Source: Narcine bancroftii (taxonomy: Eukaryota). From it: a DNA stretch of 64,000 bases. Below, piece after piece: positions 9,748 through 23,738 of this stretch. Numbering within the stretch: position 1 is the first letter of the stretch; each line of letters begins with the position of its first letter. The stretch lies in assembly GCF_036971445.1 (NCBI RefSeq), contig NC_091473.1:188852001-188916000 (forward strand), in the 5' to 3' direction. The notes under the pieces are model-generated. The model was not told where the DNA came from. It worked only from the letters and a program-made list of their open reading frames with translations, and ran no database searches. The translations under genes and the position numbers were made by a program.

Positions 9748-10157
9748 TGTTAGCCGGGTCAGATTTCGTCCCGCGTTTCCATAGCGCCGTGTAGAGACAT
9801 TTACAACACCCTTGGCCCATTAGACTACATGTGCACCCACGGCCAGCAAGCAGAGTCCAATACTATCCGATTCTAAAGTGCCACTGCTCGCATGGCAACC
9901 ATTTCCAGCAGACAGCTGTTTCATAAGTTTGGAACCCGTTAGCTGTGTCATGGGCCAGCGGTTGCGAAACTAAGCGAGGAGGATGAGTTCTTTCGGTGCC
10001 TCTTCGGTTCCGCAGAAGAGAATCATAATGACTTGCACACGTGTAGGAATTCCACGTTGGGTTGTGCACCTCCCAGGACGAGCCAAGTGGTCCTGCAATT
10101 GCTGCATGTGGTGGGTGGAGGGGACAACATATCCAAGGTAGCATGACCCTGCTAACA
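9748..10157. mobile_element. 410-bp element bounded by 14-bp terminal inverted repeats (MITE or solo LTR, unclassified)
   Basis: TGTTAGCCGGGTCA (9748-9761) versus TGACCCTGCTAACA (10144-10157): 13/14 inverted match with TG..CA ends. No clear TSD. Confidence 0.55.
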
Positions 10158-10384
10158 ACCAGAGGGAAGCCTTATTATCCCAATTGGAATAAGCTCCCGT
10201 TTATAGGCTGTCACTTTAAACGAAGGAACACTTGGGTTCAGCGGGAATCAAGGTATCGTCGCCTAACACAGGTTCAGAGATTTCACACCAAATCGAATTG
10301 ATCAACGGCGATGGTGGCGATGGTGGCGATGGTTGAACAACGCGGCAACTGAAAAACCTCCTTCCTGATGACGTCATGTTAATC

Positions 10385-10900
10385 AGTTTGCGGAGATCAG
10401 GACGACACCAGAAACATTGGCATATTTCTACAGTTCTGTTGGGGGGCGGGTGTGGAATGTTATGACCGGCTGTATCACGATGTGGTCTGACTACACCAAT
10501 ACCCCTGAGCGCAAAACCCTCCAAAAGGTAGTGGGCACAACCCAGGACATCACAGGCAAAACCCTCCCCACAGTCGCGAACATTTTCAGGGAACACTGCC
10601 TTCGGAGAGCAGCAGCAAGGATCCACACCACCCAGCACATGCTCTGTTCTCCCTCTGCCATCAGGAAAGAGATGTAGGTGCCATAACACTCAAATCACCA
10701 GGTTCTGGAACAGCTGCTACGCCTCCACCATCAGACTCCTCACCGAAAAACTCAATGAGGGACTCATTTACGGACTCTTACATTTGCATTTTATTGATTT
10801 GTTGCCTCTCCCTATTGCAGTCAGTTTGTTTACATATCTTAACTTGTTTACGTTGAGTATGTATTGATTACAGTGGAAAGTCTGCCTGGATCGCAGGAGA
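10385..10900 (+). mobile_element. Rex1/Babar-like LINE 3' fragment
   Basis: MTGCITMW..ERKTLQKVVGTTQDITGKTLPTV; after a frameshift KDPHHPAHALFS and TRFWNSCYASTIRLL. Confidence 0.75.
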
Positions 10901-10989
10901 ACCAACCTCAGGGTTGAGTTTAGGAATACACATGACGTATGGCCCAGGAAATGGACATTTTAAAGAATTTTAGCAGATGTAATAATATA

Positions 10990-12797
10990 AAAATAGTGAG
11001 CACTTCACATCCAATGATCATGGTACCATTATAATTATGGAGAGGGACGACGATGAAGGCCTTTGACTTGGGGAAAGCAAAATTTGATAAAATGGGAAGA
11101 GATTTTCAGTGAGTGATTTGGACATATTTGATTTATATGAAGGAGGTAGAGGAGAATTGCAGGTAATTTACAGGTGATATATTGAGGGTGCAGAATCTTT
11201 ATGTTCCTGTTGGGATAAAAGGCAGAGACAAATGTTAGAGAGAGCCGTGGTTTTCAAGGGAGATTATGAAGTTGGTTCGAGATTAAAGGGAGGCCTACAT
11301 TAAATACAGGAAGCAAGGTGTGGAGGAGATGCTTGGAAAATACATTGATTGAAAAAAGAAGCCTATGAAAGAAATTAGGACAGAAAATGTAAGGTACGAG
11401 GTGGCTATATTGAAGAGCGTGAAAGTAAATCCGAAGGGCCTTTATAAATATGTGAATAATAAAAGGAGAGTGAAGGATAGAAATGGTCCACTAGAGCATC
11501 AGAGCGGACATATGTGTGAGGAGGCAAATGAGACGGGGGTGATATTGAATGAGTTCTTCTCGTCGGTATTTACAAGAGAAAAAGATATGGAATTGTCTAG
11601 CATAGGTGACGCAAAAAGGGTTTTTATGGAAAACAGTGGGATTAGGAAAGAGCGGGTGTTGGAACTTTTAAGGCATATGAAGGTTGACAAGTCTCCAGGT
11701 GTAGGCCCAGCAATTATCGGCCAGTATGTCTGACGTCTGTGGTTGGTAAACAAAGGAAAGCATTCGTGGAGATAACAGGTATAAGTACCTAGAGGGGCAG
11801 TGTCTGATAATGGATTGCCAACATGGGTTTGTGTGGGGAAGTTCATGTTTGACAAATTTTGTTGAATTTGTTGAGGAGGTGACCAGGAAGGTTGATGAAG
11901 GCAGAGCAGTAGATGTCGTCTACATTGATTTCAGTAATGCCTTCGATAAGGTTCTTCATAGAAGGTTAGTGAGGAAGGTTCAGGCGCTAGGCATTGACGT
12001 TGAGATAGTCAGAATGGTTCAACGGTGGCTAGAAGATAGGTACCAGAGAATGTCGGTCAGGGTGAAGGCCAGTAATGAGCGATGTGCCTCACGGATCGGT
12101 GTTGGGCCCCTTGATGTTCGTTATTTACATTAATGATTTGGATGATAGTGTGGTAAATGATGTTAGTAAATATGCTGACGATCCAAAGATAGGGTGAGTT
12201 GTGGATAGTGAGGATGGTTTTCGGGAACTGCAGAAGGATTTGGACTGCTTAGAAGAGTGGGCTGAAACACGGAAGATGGAGTTTAATGTAGATAAGTGTG
12301 AAGTGCTTCATGTTGGGAAGAATAATTAAAATAGGACGTATGCACTGAGGTGAAGGGTGTTGAGGTATACAGAGGAACAGAGATCTTGGAATAATGGTTC
12401 ATCGTTCTTTGAAAGTGGAATCTCATGAAGTAGGCTTTTGGTCTGGTGACCTTTATACATCAAAGCATAGAATATAGGAGGCGGGAGATAATGTTGAGAC
12501 TGTTCAAGGCTTTTGTGAGGCCAAGATTGGAATATTGTGTGCAGTTTTGGTCTCCAAATTATAGGAAGGGTATTAATAAGGTAGAGAGGATGGCAGAGTG
12601 GAATGACCTTCCGGAGGTTGTGGTTGCAGCAGGGCCAATATTGTCAATTAAGTGGAGGTTCGATGAGTTCATGAATGTGAAGCGTTTGAAGGGTTATGGG
12701 CATGTGCAGGAAGGTGTGATTAGTAGAGTTCACTTAAATAATTGCGGACTAGAGTGGCTGAGATGGCCTGTTTCCGTTATGTAATTGTTATTATGTG
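10990..12797 (+). mobile_element. Long decayed CR1 LINE ORF2 (endonuclease end to 3' UTR, with internal deletions)
   Basis: KVNPKGLYKYV, LNEFFSSVFT, VDKSPG, QHGFVWGSSCLTN, AVDVVYIDFSNAFDKV and YADD, broken by multiple stops. Confidence 0.9.
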
Positions 12798-13896
12798 TAA
12801 ATGTGCTAATCCATTTTCCCCCACTCAGCCCCCCTGCTCGGGCCTCTCCTCATAACCTTTGATGTCCGGGCTAATCAAGAACCTATCAATCTCTGTCTTA
12901 AATAAACCCAATGATGTTATGATCATTGGATGGATGAGGAGAACGGACAAAGCAGTGACAAATGAAATACAACATCTAAATGTCCGCCAGGCCAGGAAAA
13001 CCCTTCGGGAGGCAGGTCTGTCAGTGACTATTGTCCGCAGAAGACTTCATGAACAGAAACGCAGAGGCTACATTGCAAGATGCCAATAGTTGTATGTTTT
13101 ATATCTTGGGCAATTCCTTTACGTTTCCACACTTTGCACTTGCCCTCACTCTGACGCAGGTTAATCTTGGTCTCATCTGTCCACAAGACCATTTTACAGA
13201 ATTATTCAGCCTCTTTTAAATACTTCTTGGCGAACCGTAATCTGGCCTTCTTTTCTGCGACCAACTAGTGGTTTGCATCTTGCAGTGTTGTTCATGAGCC
13301 TTTCAACGGATAGTTGTCACCTGCCTCATGAAGGGTGTTTCTGATCTGTCGGATTAGCGTTTGGGGATTTTTCTTCCAGATGATGAGAATTTCCCTGTTA
13401 TCATTAGAGAGATCCTTCCTGATAATGCCAGTCCCTTTCTGATTACTGAGCTCACTAGGACGTTCCTTCTTAATAATAATATTCCATACGCTTGATTTCG
13501 GTAATCCTGACCGATGATTCTTACTGTTTTATTCCTGTTTTTCCACCTTATAATGGCTAATTTGTCATTCATTGGCAAAAAGCATGTTGAAAAATGGCAC
13601 CTACAGAATATAAAAGTTTAGAAGCCAGCCCAGCCCTCTTATACTTACACCAATGAAGCAATTAAACATACCTGAGTTCTCACAAACACCTGTGAAGCCA
13701 GACATTCTGGCGCCCTGATACGAAGGGACCATGAATAAACAGGACTGTAATTTATACACGGTCAAACCAAAATCTATCTAAATAACTTTTAATGAAATCT
13801 GGAATGTGCACTTAAATTATATTTGAATTCTTTGAACACAAATTTCAAATTGTGGAGCGCAGTGGAAAAGAAAGAAATCTGTGCTTGTCCCAAACT

Positions 13897-14861
13897 CTAT
13901 GGATTGTGTTGCATTTGGATTGGAAACGCCCTGAGCTGACTCCGTCGGCTTCGAGAGTCCGGTTTGCGAATTAACTGAATAACCGAGGTGATCGGAAATT
14001 TCACCGCGTTGACCAGATTCTCCCTGAACTTGGACTGAGTCAAGGCGTAAATAAAGGTGTTGGTGCAGCAACTTAAAGTCAACAGCAGCTGCCCCACCTG
14101 GAGAAATATGACTTCGGAGTCGTTGTGGTGATTGGGGTCCGCCCCGGCGGCTGTGTAGTAAAGGAAATGGACAACGTGCACCGACCACAACAGGATGAAG
14201 CTGCCGGAGATGGCGAAGAGTAAGATCATAGACCTCCGCCTGCTTTCCATCTCCGGGTCACTGCGGCTTCCTCCGCCTCTCTGACCCCTTAGCCCCCGAC
14301 GGATGCGACTGGAGAAGACAACGTGCCGCACCGTCAGAGCGTTGAACAACAAAATCAAAGCAAAAGGGATCAGCGGCATTATTAAGGTGTTCACCCAGTC
14401 AAAGGCCACCCAGCCAGGATCCGTGAAATAACTTGCCTTCTGCAAACAGAACCACGGGACGTTGTCAACCACTCTCAGGGGTTCATATGTGAAGTAGTAG
14501 GGAATCCTCTGTAAAGAGAGAAGAACGCTCGTCGTGGTCATCACGGCGGACGCGGTTTTCCCAGTGCAGAATTTCGTCTTCAGCTTCTGGAAGCAGATGG
14601 CGACAAATCGATCGAAGGTGAAGGTGACGGTGAACCAGACGGAACAGCCGGTGACAACACGACCCAGGACTGAGATGAGGCTGCACACGGGGGTGATGTG
14701 AAGGAAAACGCCGGGGAAGTAATAATAACTGAACCGCCACAGGACGACATTGATGAGGATGATCAGTTGGTCCGCCGCTGCCATGGCCACCAGGTAGCGG
14801 GTGGTGCAGATGGAGAGTCCGCACCTTCCGCGGGACAGGACTGCAAGCGCCACTACATTCG
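13897..14861 (-). CDS. GPR139-like: GPR139-like GPCR, exon 2 (copy 2)
   Basis: Translation identical to copy 1; same acceptor. Confidence 0.9.
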
Positions 14862-16779
14862 CTGTGAAGGAAATGGAAAGGACGATGAGATTTCGGGCCA
14901 ATTGCTCCTTCATTACACCTGCACAATGAAGATTTTGCTTCCTGAACACGTGTAGGTGTATTTCATGGAGTGTTGTGTTGGTGCTCATGAGAATCACCTT
15001 AAAATGTTCCTAATTCTTTCATTTCTCTCCATCCAGACGGAAGTAACCTTCGCTCACCCCTGCCCAGATTCTCCCTCTTTCCTGCTCCCTGTCTCCAACT
15101 ACTCAACTCACATTCCCCTGCAACTACCCTGCCCCTCACCATTATTCCTGTATAACTAGATGGAACCTATTTCTGTGATTTTCATATTTTGTCTACTTCA
15201 AATATAACAAGGCCATTGACAATGGACAATACAACATACCGTTGGCAAATAATTTACTGCAGTCGCACTTGGTCTTCTTTTCTGCTGATCTGCGTTCAGT
15301 GACGAACATAGTGCTTTTCCAACTTCCGACCTGATACATCAAATTTGAACTTACCATTGTTCAGTGGTTCCCAACCATTTCTTTCCACTCAGACACAACT
15401 TTAATTGTTCCCTCCGCCATCGGCGCTCTTTGATTAATAAGGGATTGCTTAAGGTGGTGTGTGTTTATTTATCTATCCATCCTTTTTTCTGTCTATCCAT
15501 TTATCCATTTATCTATCAATCGATCCATTTATCTCTCTATCCATTCACTTATTTATCTGTCTATCAGTCCAACCATTTANNNNNNNNNNNNNNNNNNNNN
15601 NNNNNNNNNNNNNNNNNNNNNNNNNNNNNNNNNNNNNNNNNNNNNNNNNNNNNNNNNNNNNNNNNNNNNNNNNNNNNNNNNNNNNNNNNNNNNNNNNNNN
15701 NNNNNNNNNNNNNNNNNNNNNNNNNNNNNNNNNNNNNNNNNNNNNNNNNNNNNNNNNNNNNNNNNNNNNNNNNNNNNNNNNNNNNNNNNNNATATTGAAA
15801 CGTAACAAATCCGACAGCCCGACATCACATCAACGGACTGAAGGAGCAGCGCTCATTGATATTATACACAATGTGTTCGAGGAAGCTGTGAGCAAAGTAA
15901 TTTGTTTAAATAAAAACGACTGAACTCTCCAACACAAAGAACAACAGCGCTTTGAAAATCCTGTATCAACATCAGCAGCTCCCCCTGTTGACAGATACCA
16001 CGCCACTTGGTTTGACCATTGGCAAAAGATACTGCATCAGGACAGTAAACGATACGCTGCAGAGCGGACACCCGCGTCCTTCCCACCGTAACAGACGAAA
16101 GGGTTGACACTTTGTTCTCTGCTCAGAATATTGGGCTTAATGGACGACAACTCCGAGAATCCATTATTTGTCCGTCTGCCAATATTTCCCGCACACCCTA
16201 GCATGTCACCAGGTCCCTCTCTCCGCTTTCCGCTTGAAGGGATCTGTTGGAAGCTTCCCACAATGGAGTGTAACGTGGTTCAAATAACAATATCAAAAAA
16301 TGTGAATAACCCGTCAGTCCTGTCTAATCAATGTTCAGAATCCGCACAGTGATATATTGATCAGTGCGCACCGTGAACCTGCGATGTCAAAACCTTCTGC
16401 CAGGCTCCTTTTAATTGTCGCTTTGAACGGAAACAGCAGAGAGAGGGCACGGTTGGCGCAACGCTTTCACAGCGCCAGAGATGGGGACCTGGGTTCCAAT
16501 CCCGCTGTCTATTAGGAGTTTGGACGCTCTGTCCGTGTCACTTTTCCCCGGGGGGTTCCTGTGTCTTCCCACAGGTGGTGTCGGTCAATTGGGTAGCATG
16601 GGCTGGTGGGCCGAAATGGCCCGTTCCCGTGCCTAAATTGAACAAGCGCAAAGGGAGTGAAGGAAAGGTTCCTCCGGGTTCTCGTGTGCCAAGAACCATC
16701 ATCCCGGAGACGGCATTATTTAAAAAATCAACTAAAAACTCACGCACAACTGTAAAGTTGAGGCAGTCACTGTTCTTAC

Positions 16780-16846
16780 CAGGAACTCCAAGAAGAGCAA
16801 TGAAGATATAAACAATTCTTATGAAACGGTAAAACGCGCTGAGCAT
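16780..16846 (-). CDS. GPR139-like: GPR139-like GPCR, exon 1 (copy 2)
   Basis: Identical to copy 1 exon 1; GTAAG donor. Confidence 0.88.
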
Positions 16847-19800
16847 GTTCTGTGAGCATCAACCTGTCTTCCAGCTTCAGCCAATCTCTCTGAAGTCAAG
16901 GCATCGCACGCCCAATAATTTATACCTGCGGATTCTTTGCGGCTCCAAGGTCATTGAAACGTTATGGCTCAATATAGATGGAAAAATGAAAACACATTAC
17001 GTTATTTGAGTCAGGTTCCAAGGATCTGCACTGGGTCTGTTGTTGTTTGTTATATACATCAATGATCTTGAGATGATGGGGTAGAAAATTGGAATAGTAA
17101 TTAGGCGGATGATACTTTGTGCATAATGAAGAAGGTTTTTAAATATTGCAGAGAGATTTGGGTCAGTGAGAAGAGTGGGCTGAAAGTTGGGAAATAGGGT
17201 TCAATGTGCAAGTGGAACAAGTCGGACTAATCACAATAGGACCCACATGGGCCAAATGGTGGGGCGTGAAAGAATGCAATTGAACAAAGAGATCTAGGAA
17301 TAGTGGTGCACAGTTCCCTGAAGGTGGATAGGGTAGTGAAGAATGCTGTTCTTTAGAAATCTGAGCACAGAGGGAAAGGTTTGGGAGGGAATGTTAAAAT
17401 TGTACAAGGCATTGGTGAGACTACAATTGGAATATTGTGTTCCGTTCTGCTCACCAAATTACAGGAAGGATATGAACAGAATTATCTGTGGGTTTCAGCA
17501 CCCAGTTACAGAGAATGTTTAAACCAGTTAGGGCTTTATTCCTTAGAGTGTAGAAGGCTGAGAGGTGGGGGGTGGGGGTATATTATCAAATTGAAAGTTA
17601 AGGTGGATCGATAGAGTAGATGTGGATGGACGTTGTCCATTGAGTAGAGGAGAGATTCAAACCAGAGGACATGAGCTGAGAGTTTATGGGGGCAAAAGTT
17701 TAGGTGCAACACAAGTGGGAGTTTCTATACTCGGAGAGCGGAGACTGTGTGTAATGAGTTTCCAGTGGATACAGGTACAATACTATCTTTAAAGAAAAAA
17801 TTGGTTAGGTGTATTGATGGCAAAGGTTTGGAGGGTTATGGGCAGAGAGCAGATCATTGGGACGAGCAGAATTTAAGAGTTACAGCACATACAAGATGGG
17901 CCATAAATGGCCTGTTTCCTCGCTGTAATTGTCATATGGTTATCCGGTCATTACAGTTCTGGGCCAGAATAGACAAGTGCAATCCTAGAAACCAAGGAAG
18001 CGCGGCATTGTTAAACCCTCTGGGGCCAACCTCTGCCTATTTGACGTTGTTCATTGCTCTGCTCTTTTAATTTTGTCAACGAAGTTTCGACATTTCACTT
18101 TTCTCACCAGGATTTCCCTTTGACTAATGGTCTCAATTAGAGATCGGTTTTAATAGAAAGGATTAACATCTTGATAGGTGTGGTGATACACCACTAGCCT
18201 ATTACAGGGGGCGACCTGTGTACCTGTAGCAAGAGCACAGGAAAACATGATAGCACCTGGCCGGCTGTCAATCAGACGACCTGAATAGTCCAAGCCCCAC
18301 CGTCGGCTGCCAATCATCCTCTGGAAAATAAGCCACATCCATCCCCTCGTGGGCAGCCACTGGGGGCTAAAGCTAACTGCAGCAGGGACTTTAAGTGGAA
18401 TAAAGCCTGTTAAGCAGTCTTTAAGTATTGTTTCGGCTTTTCTGTCCGACAGCGTGCCACAATACGTCAGCTCATTTCCTACGTCAGCTCATTTCTTATA
18501 CACCAATCTTCTGAAGGAACTGGAACACTTAAACACCTGCAGATCCCAAAATAATGCAAATGGTAAAAGCAGATGAGAAGGATGAAGTCACCAGCAGAAC
18601 GAGCCGGCTCAAATCAACACCGGGTTCACGCTGAAAAGAAGCAAATGCCTCACATAATCGATATGCCGGTTCGATGCAGCATACAGACACATATATTTAC
18701 CAGCTGGAGAGATGGGCTGCCAAATGGCAGGTGGAAGTGCGGACAAGTGCAAGCAGTTGCACTTTGGGAGCACTGATCAAATTAGGACATAACACTGCCA
18801 AAAGTTGTTCACTGAAGAGGGAACACATGGATCTGGGAACACAAATTCCTGGATCGGGGGTTAAGGGGTGCTTTGGTATCTTTGCCTTCAAATAGCAAAG
18901 TATGCAGTCTAGGAATTGGGAGGTTATGGTAAAGTTGTAGAAGATACTTGTGAGGGCAATGTTAGAGTGTGGCTCCTTCAATTTGCAGGTGGACGCAGCC
19001 TGGGAGTGCTTGAGGGCATTTGCAACACTCTTATTTGGATATTTTACTTTTTAAACAAACCTTGTAATTTGTTGAACATTCATGAAACCTACAGAGTCTG
19101 TATTTATCCCTCATCTTCGTACAAGTGGAAGTACCATCAATTAAATCACCTCGACAGCGAGATAAATCACGCCCCATATATTCCCCCTGCTTTCCCATCT
19201 CCCAATTTATTTTTACCCTCTCCTCCCACCTACCTCCCCGAGCAGCAATAACCAAGCTCTTGGCGCCAACCAACCCCCACCCCCATCATTTTCAGAAGGG
19301 CCTAATGAACGCATCTCCTACTTATATCTCCCTCCCTTCACTTGAAATCCTTGTATTCATTCTTACTCTCTAATATGCATTCTTCATTAAACATTTACAT
19401 GATGAAAAAACCACATATATCCCACTTCATATTCCTCACAATTACAATAGTTACAGTACTTTTTAAAAACATTTTATTTAAAATTTAAAATCACTTAACA
19501 TAACATTAGGTACTACATATTAATACAGACATTATGTGATTAATTTTTTTATATATAAACCCCTCTCCCAACCACCTCACTAATACCCTCCCTCCTCCCT
19601 TCCCCACCTACAAAGAGTAAGATCATCTTCTACTACAATTACATTTAAACATTTCGGCTGCAGGAATGGTGGCACCGATCAGAGCGGACTGAGAGTTTAG
19701 ATTCTAACACCAATAGTTTTCAAATAAGGGTTCCAAATTTTTGTAAAGAAAAAAATATTGATCTCTTAAATTATATGTAATCGATTCTGAAGAAATACAG

Positions 19801-22800
19801 GCTTTCAGTTCGTAATGACATCCTATCAACCTAAAACCGAGTCAGAGTTCCTTGTAATAGCTAAACGCTTCTTAGAAACCACCAGAGGCAAAACGTAAAA
19901 TTTCCCAAACCGTATGTTCATAAATCAAGAATGAAATGGGAATCAGATTTCGATATAAGCATTGATGAAAGGGTTTGCAGAAATTTTTGCAAAGATAATA
20001 TGACTAAGGTAATAAATGTACGTTATAGATTAGTGCAGTACAATTTTTACATCAATTGCATTTGATTATGTATAACGCGAAATTTTCAGCTTAGTTCTTC
20101 AGATTTGTTTTTTTAAACTTTATTTGATATTTTTCAATAAGAATAAACAGACGTTTACAGAATAATTAATCTAATAATTATAAAACAATAAAACTAACCC
20201 ACCCTCACCCTCCTCCCACAACAGATCCCTCAAGGGAAGCATTAAAGATAAACAAAAACATTCAGTAATTTACAATATTACTAAATTCATATTCTTTATA
20301 TAAGGTGTCCACAGCTTAACAAAAATTCATAATTATCATGTAAATTGTATGTTATTTTCTCCATATAAATACACGATTTCAACACATGCCATTGAGTTAA
20401 ATTTAACTGCGCTTCATCTTTCCAAGACATGCCAATACATTCACGAGCAACTGTCAATGTTAGACCAATAAACACTGTCTGAAACTTATCCAACCCAATT
20501 CCACTAACGGAATAAAAGAGCTGAACAAAAAAAATTTGGATCTAAAGGAAAATGAATATTAAACAAATTTAGAAGAAAAATCTTAATTTTAAACCAGAAA
20601 AGAATGAACTTTATCACAAAACCAAACAGAAGGTAGAAATGTTCCAATACATAATCCACACCTAAAACACAGATATGAATTACTGTCCATATTTTTAATC
20701 AATATTACAGGGGTTAAATATAACTGATATGAAAAATTAGAATTAACCATACTATGTCTTACATTAATTTATTTAGTCAACCCATTATAACACATATTTT
20801 CAAATTAGTTCTTCAGATTATGTTTTAGATGTGACCCAGAAGTGGGTACTTTTTTCATTCGGCGTGGACCTGTCGTAAGATTAAAAGTTTTTGGCTGCAA
20901 ATTAAATCGTGTTTGGAACACATATTAAAAAGTAAATTTACTTTTGGATCCAGTGTTGTTTTAATTAGTTGAGGCCAAGTTTGGAATATTGCGTGTGATT
21001 CTGACCTCAAAATTATAGGAAGAATATCCGTAAGATTGAGACGGTTCAAAGAGGGTTTACGAAAATGTTTCCTGGATTGCAGTATCTAGAATATGGGGGA
21101 AAGATTGAGTAGACTAGGACTTTATTCATTGGAGCATAGAAGGTTGAGGTGGATTTGATAGAGGTATAGAAAATGATAAAGGGGATAGATAGAGTAGATG
21201 TGAATATGCTCTTTCCCCTGAGGATAGGGAGATTGGAACCAGGGGACATGTAAAGGATTAGGGGCCAAACCTTAGGTGTTATATCAGAAGATGCTTCTTC
21301 ACTCAGAGAGTGGTGGCTGAGTGGAATGACCTTATGGAACAGGTAGTTGCAGCAGGGTCAATTCTGTCATTTAAAAGGTTAGATGAGTACATGGATGTGA
21401 GGAGGTTGGAGGGTTATGGGCCGGGAGAGGGTAGGTGGAACTAGAGGAGTTTCACGTAAATCGCAGCGGATTAGAAGGGCCGATATGGCCTGTTTCGAAC
21501 TGTAAATTGTTATAGAGTTATATTAAATTGATAGCTTTAAGATTGAGATTGACCATGTACCAAATTGAATAGTTACATACCCCCGTTTTTCACCTTATTT
21601 ACATTTAATCCCGAAGCGGTGGCAAGGCTCTTAAAAAATCCACGGTCTCCCTTGGATCCTTTAAAAAAATTATTTCCCTCGCGCCCTTGCCATCTTCAGA
21701 GTAGTTGGGTGAAGGAGGGTAAACTCGAATCCATTTTGTTTAAAACTCTTGTTAGCCGGGTCAGATTTCGTCCCGCGTTTCCATAGCGCCGTGTAGAGAC
21801 ATTTACAACACCCTTGGCCCATTAGACTACATGTGCACCCACGGCCAGCAAGCAGAGTCCAATACTATCCGATTCTAAAGTGCCACTGCTCGCATGGCAA
21901 CCATTTCCAGCAGACAGCTGTTTCATAAGTTTGGAACCCGTTAGCTGTGTCATGGGCCAGCGGTTGCGAAACTAAGCGAGGAGGATGAGTTCTTTCGGTG
22001 CCTCTTCGGTTCCGCAGAAGAGAATCATAATGACTTGCACACGTGTAGGAATTCCACGTTGGGTTGTGCACCTCCCAGGACGAGCCAAGTGGTCCTGCAA
22101 TTGCTGCATGTGGTGGGTGGAGGGGACAACATATCCAAGGTAGCATGACCCTGCTAACAACCAGAGGGAAGCCTTATTATCCCAATTGGAATAAGCTCCC
22201 GTTTATAGGCTGTCACTTTAAACGAAGGAACACTTGGGTTCAGCGGGAATCAAGGTATCGTCGCCTAACACAGGTTCAGAGATTTCACACCAAATCGAAT
22301 TGATCAACGGCGATGGTGGCGATGGTGGCGATGGTTGAACAACGCGGCAACTGAAAAACCTCCTTCCTGATGACGTCATGTTAATCAGTTTGCGGAGATC
22401 AGGACGACACCAGAAACATTGGCATATTTCTACAGTTCTGTTGGGGGGCGGGTGTGGAATGTTATGACCGGCTGTATCACGATGTGGTCTGACTACACCA
22501 ATACCCCTGAGCGCAAAACCCTCCAAAAGGTAGTGGGCACAACCCAGGACATCACAGGCAAAACCCTCCCCACAGTCGCGAACATTTTCAGGGAACACTG
22601 CCTTCGGAGAGCAGCAGCAAGGATCCACACCACCCAGCACATGCTCTGTTCTCCCTCTGCCATCAGGAAAGAGATGTAGGTGCCATAACACTCAAATCAC
22701 CAGGTTCTGGAACAGCTGCTACGCCTCCACCATCAGACTCCTCACCGAAAAACTCAATGAGGGACTCATTTACGGACTCTTACATTTGCATTTTATTGAT

Positions 22801-22994
22801 TTGTTGCCTCTCCCTATTGCAGTCAGTTTGTTTACATATCTTAACTTGTTTACGTTGAGTATGTATTGATTACAGTGGAAAGTCTGCCTGGATCGCAGGA
22901 GAACCAACCTCAGGGTTGAGTTTAGGAATACACATGACGTATGGCCCAGGAAATGGACATTTTAAAGAATTTTAGCAGATGTAATAATATAAAA

Positions 22995-23538
22995 ATAGTG
23001 AGCACTTCACATCCAATGATCATGGTACCATTATAATTATGGAGAGGGACGACGATGAAGGCCTTTGACTTGGGAAAGCAAAATTTGATAAAATGGGAAG
23101 AGATTTTCAGTGAGTGATTTGGACATATTTGATTTATATGAAGGAGGTAGAGGAGAATTGCAGGTAATTTACAGGTGATATATTGAGGGTGCAGATCTTT
23201 ATGTTCCTGTTGGGATAAAAGGCAGAGACAAATGTTAGAGAGAGCCGTGGTTTTCAAGGGAGATTATGAAGTTGGTTCGAGATTAAAGGGAGGCCTACAT
23301 TAAATACAGGAAGCAAGGTGTGGAGGAGATGCTTGGAAAATACATTGATTGAAAAAAGAAGCCTATGAAAGAAATTAGGACAGAAAATGTAAGGTACGAG
23401 GTGGCTATATTGAAGAGCGTGAAAGTAAATCCGAAGGGCCTTTATAAATATGTGAATAATAAAAGGAGAGTGAAGGATAGAAATGGTCCACTAGAGCATC
23501 AGAGCGGACATATGTGTGAGGAGGCAAATGAGACGGGA
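22995..23538 (+). mobile_element. CR1 copy (unit 2), truncated by the gap
   Basis: Same sequence as 10990-11537 apart from a few single-base indels. Confidence 0.85.
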
Positions 23539-23738
23539 NNNNNNNNNNNNNNNNNNNNNNNNNNNNNNNNNNNNNNNNNNNNNNNNNNNNNNNNNNNNNN
23601 NNNNNNNNNNNNNNNNNNNNNNNNNNNNNNNNNNNNNNNNNNNNNNNNNNNNNNNNNNNNNNNNNNNNNNNNNNNNNNNNNNNNNNNNNNNNNNNNNNNN
23701 NNNNNNNNNNNNNNNNNNNNNNNNNNNNNNNNNNNNNN
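23539..23738. other. 200-N scaffolding gap
   Basis: Exactly 200 N; array phase jumps from unit position ~11537 back to ~7480. Confidence 0.9.

Noticed and set aside
10307-10333. (ggcgatggt)x3 repeat as a CRISPR-like or coding repeat
   Set aside because: It is a simple 9-bp tandem repeat with no spacers and no supported ORF.
11365-12784. Active reverse transcriptase or retron-like system
   Set aside because: These are fragmented CR1 ORF2 pieces with stops, frameshifts and deletions in a eukaryotic context.
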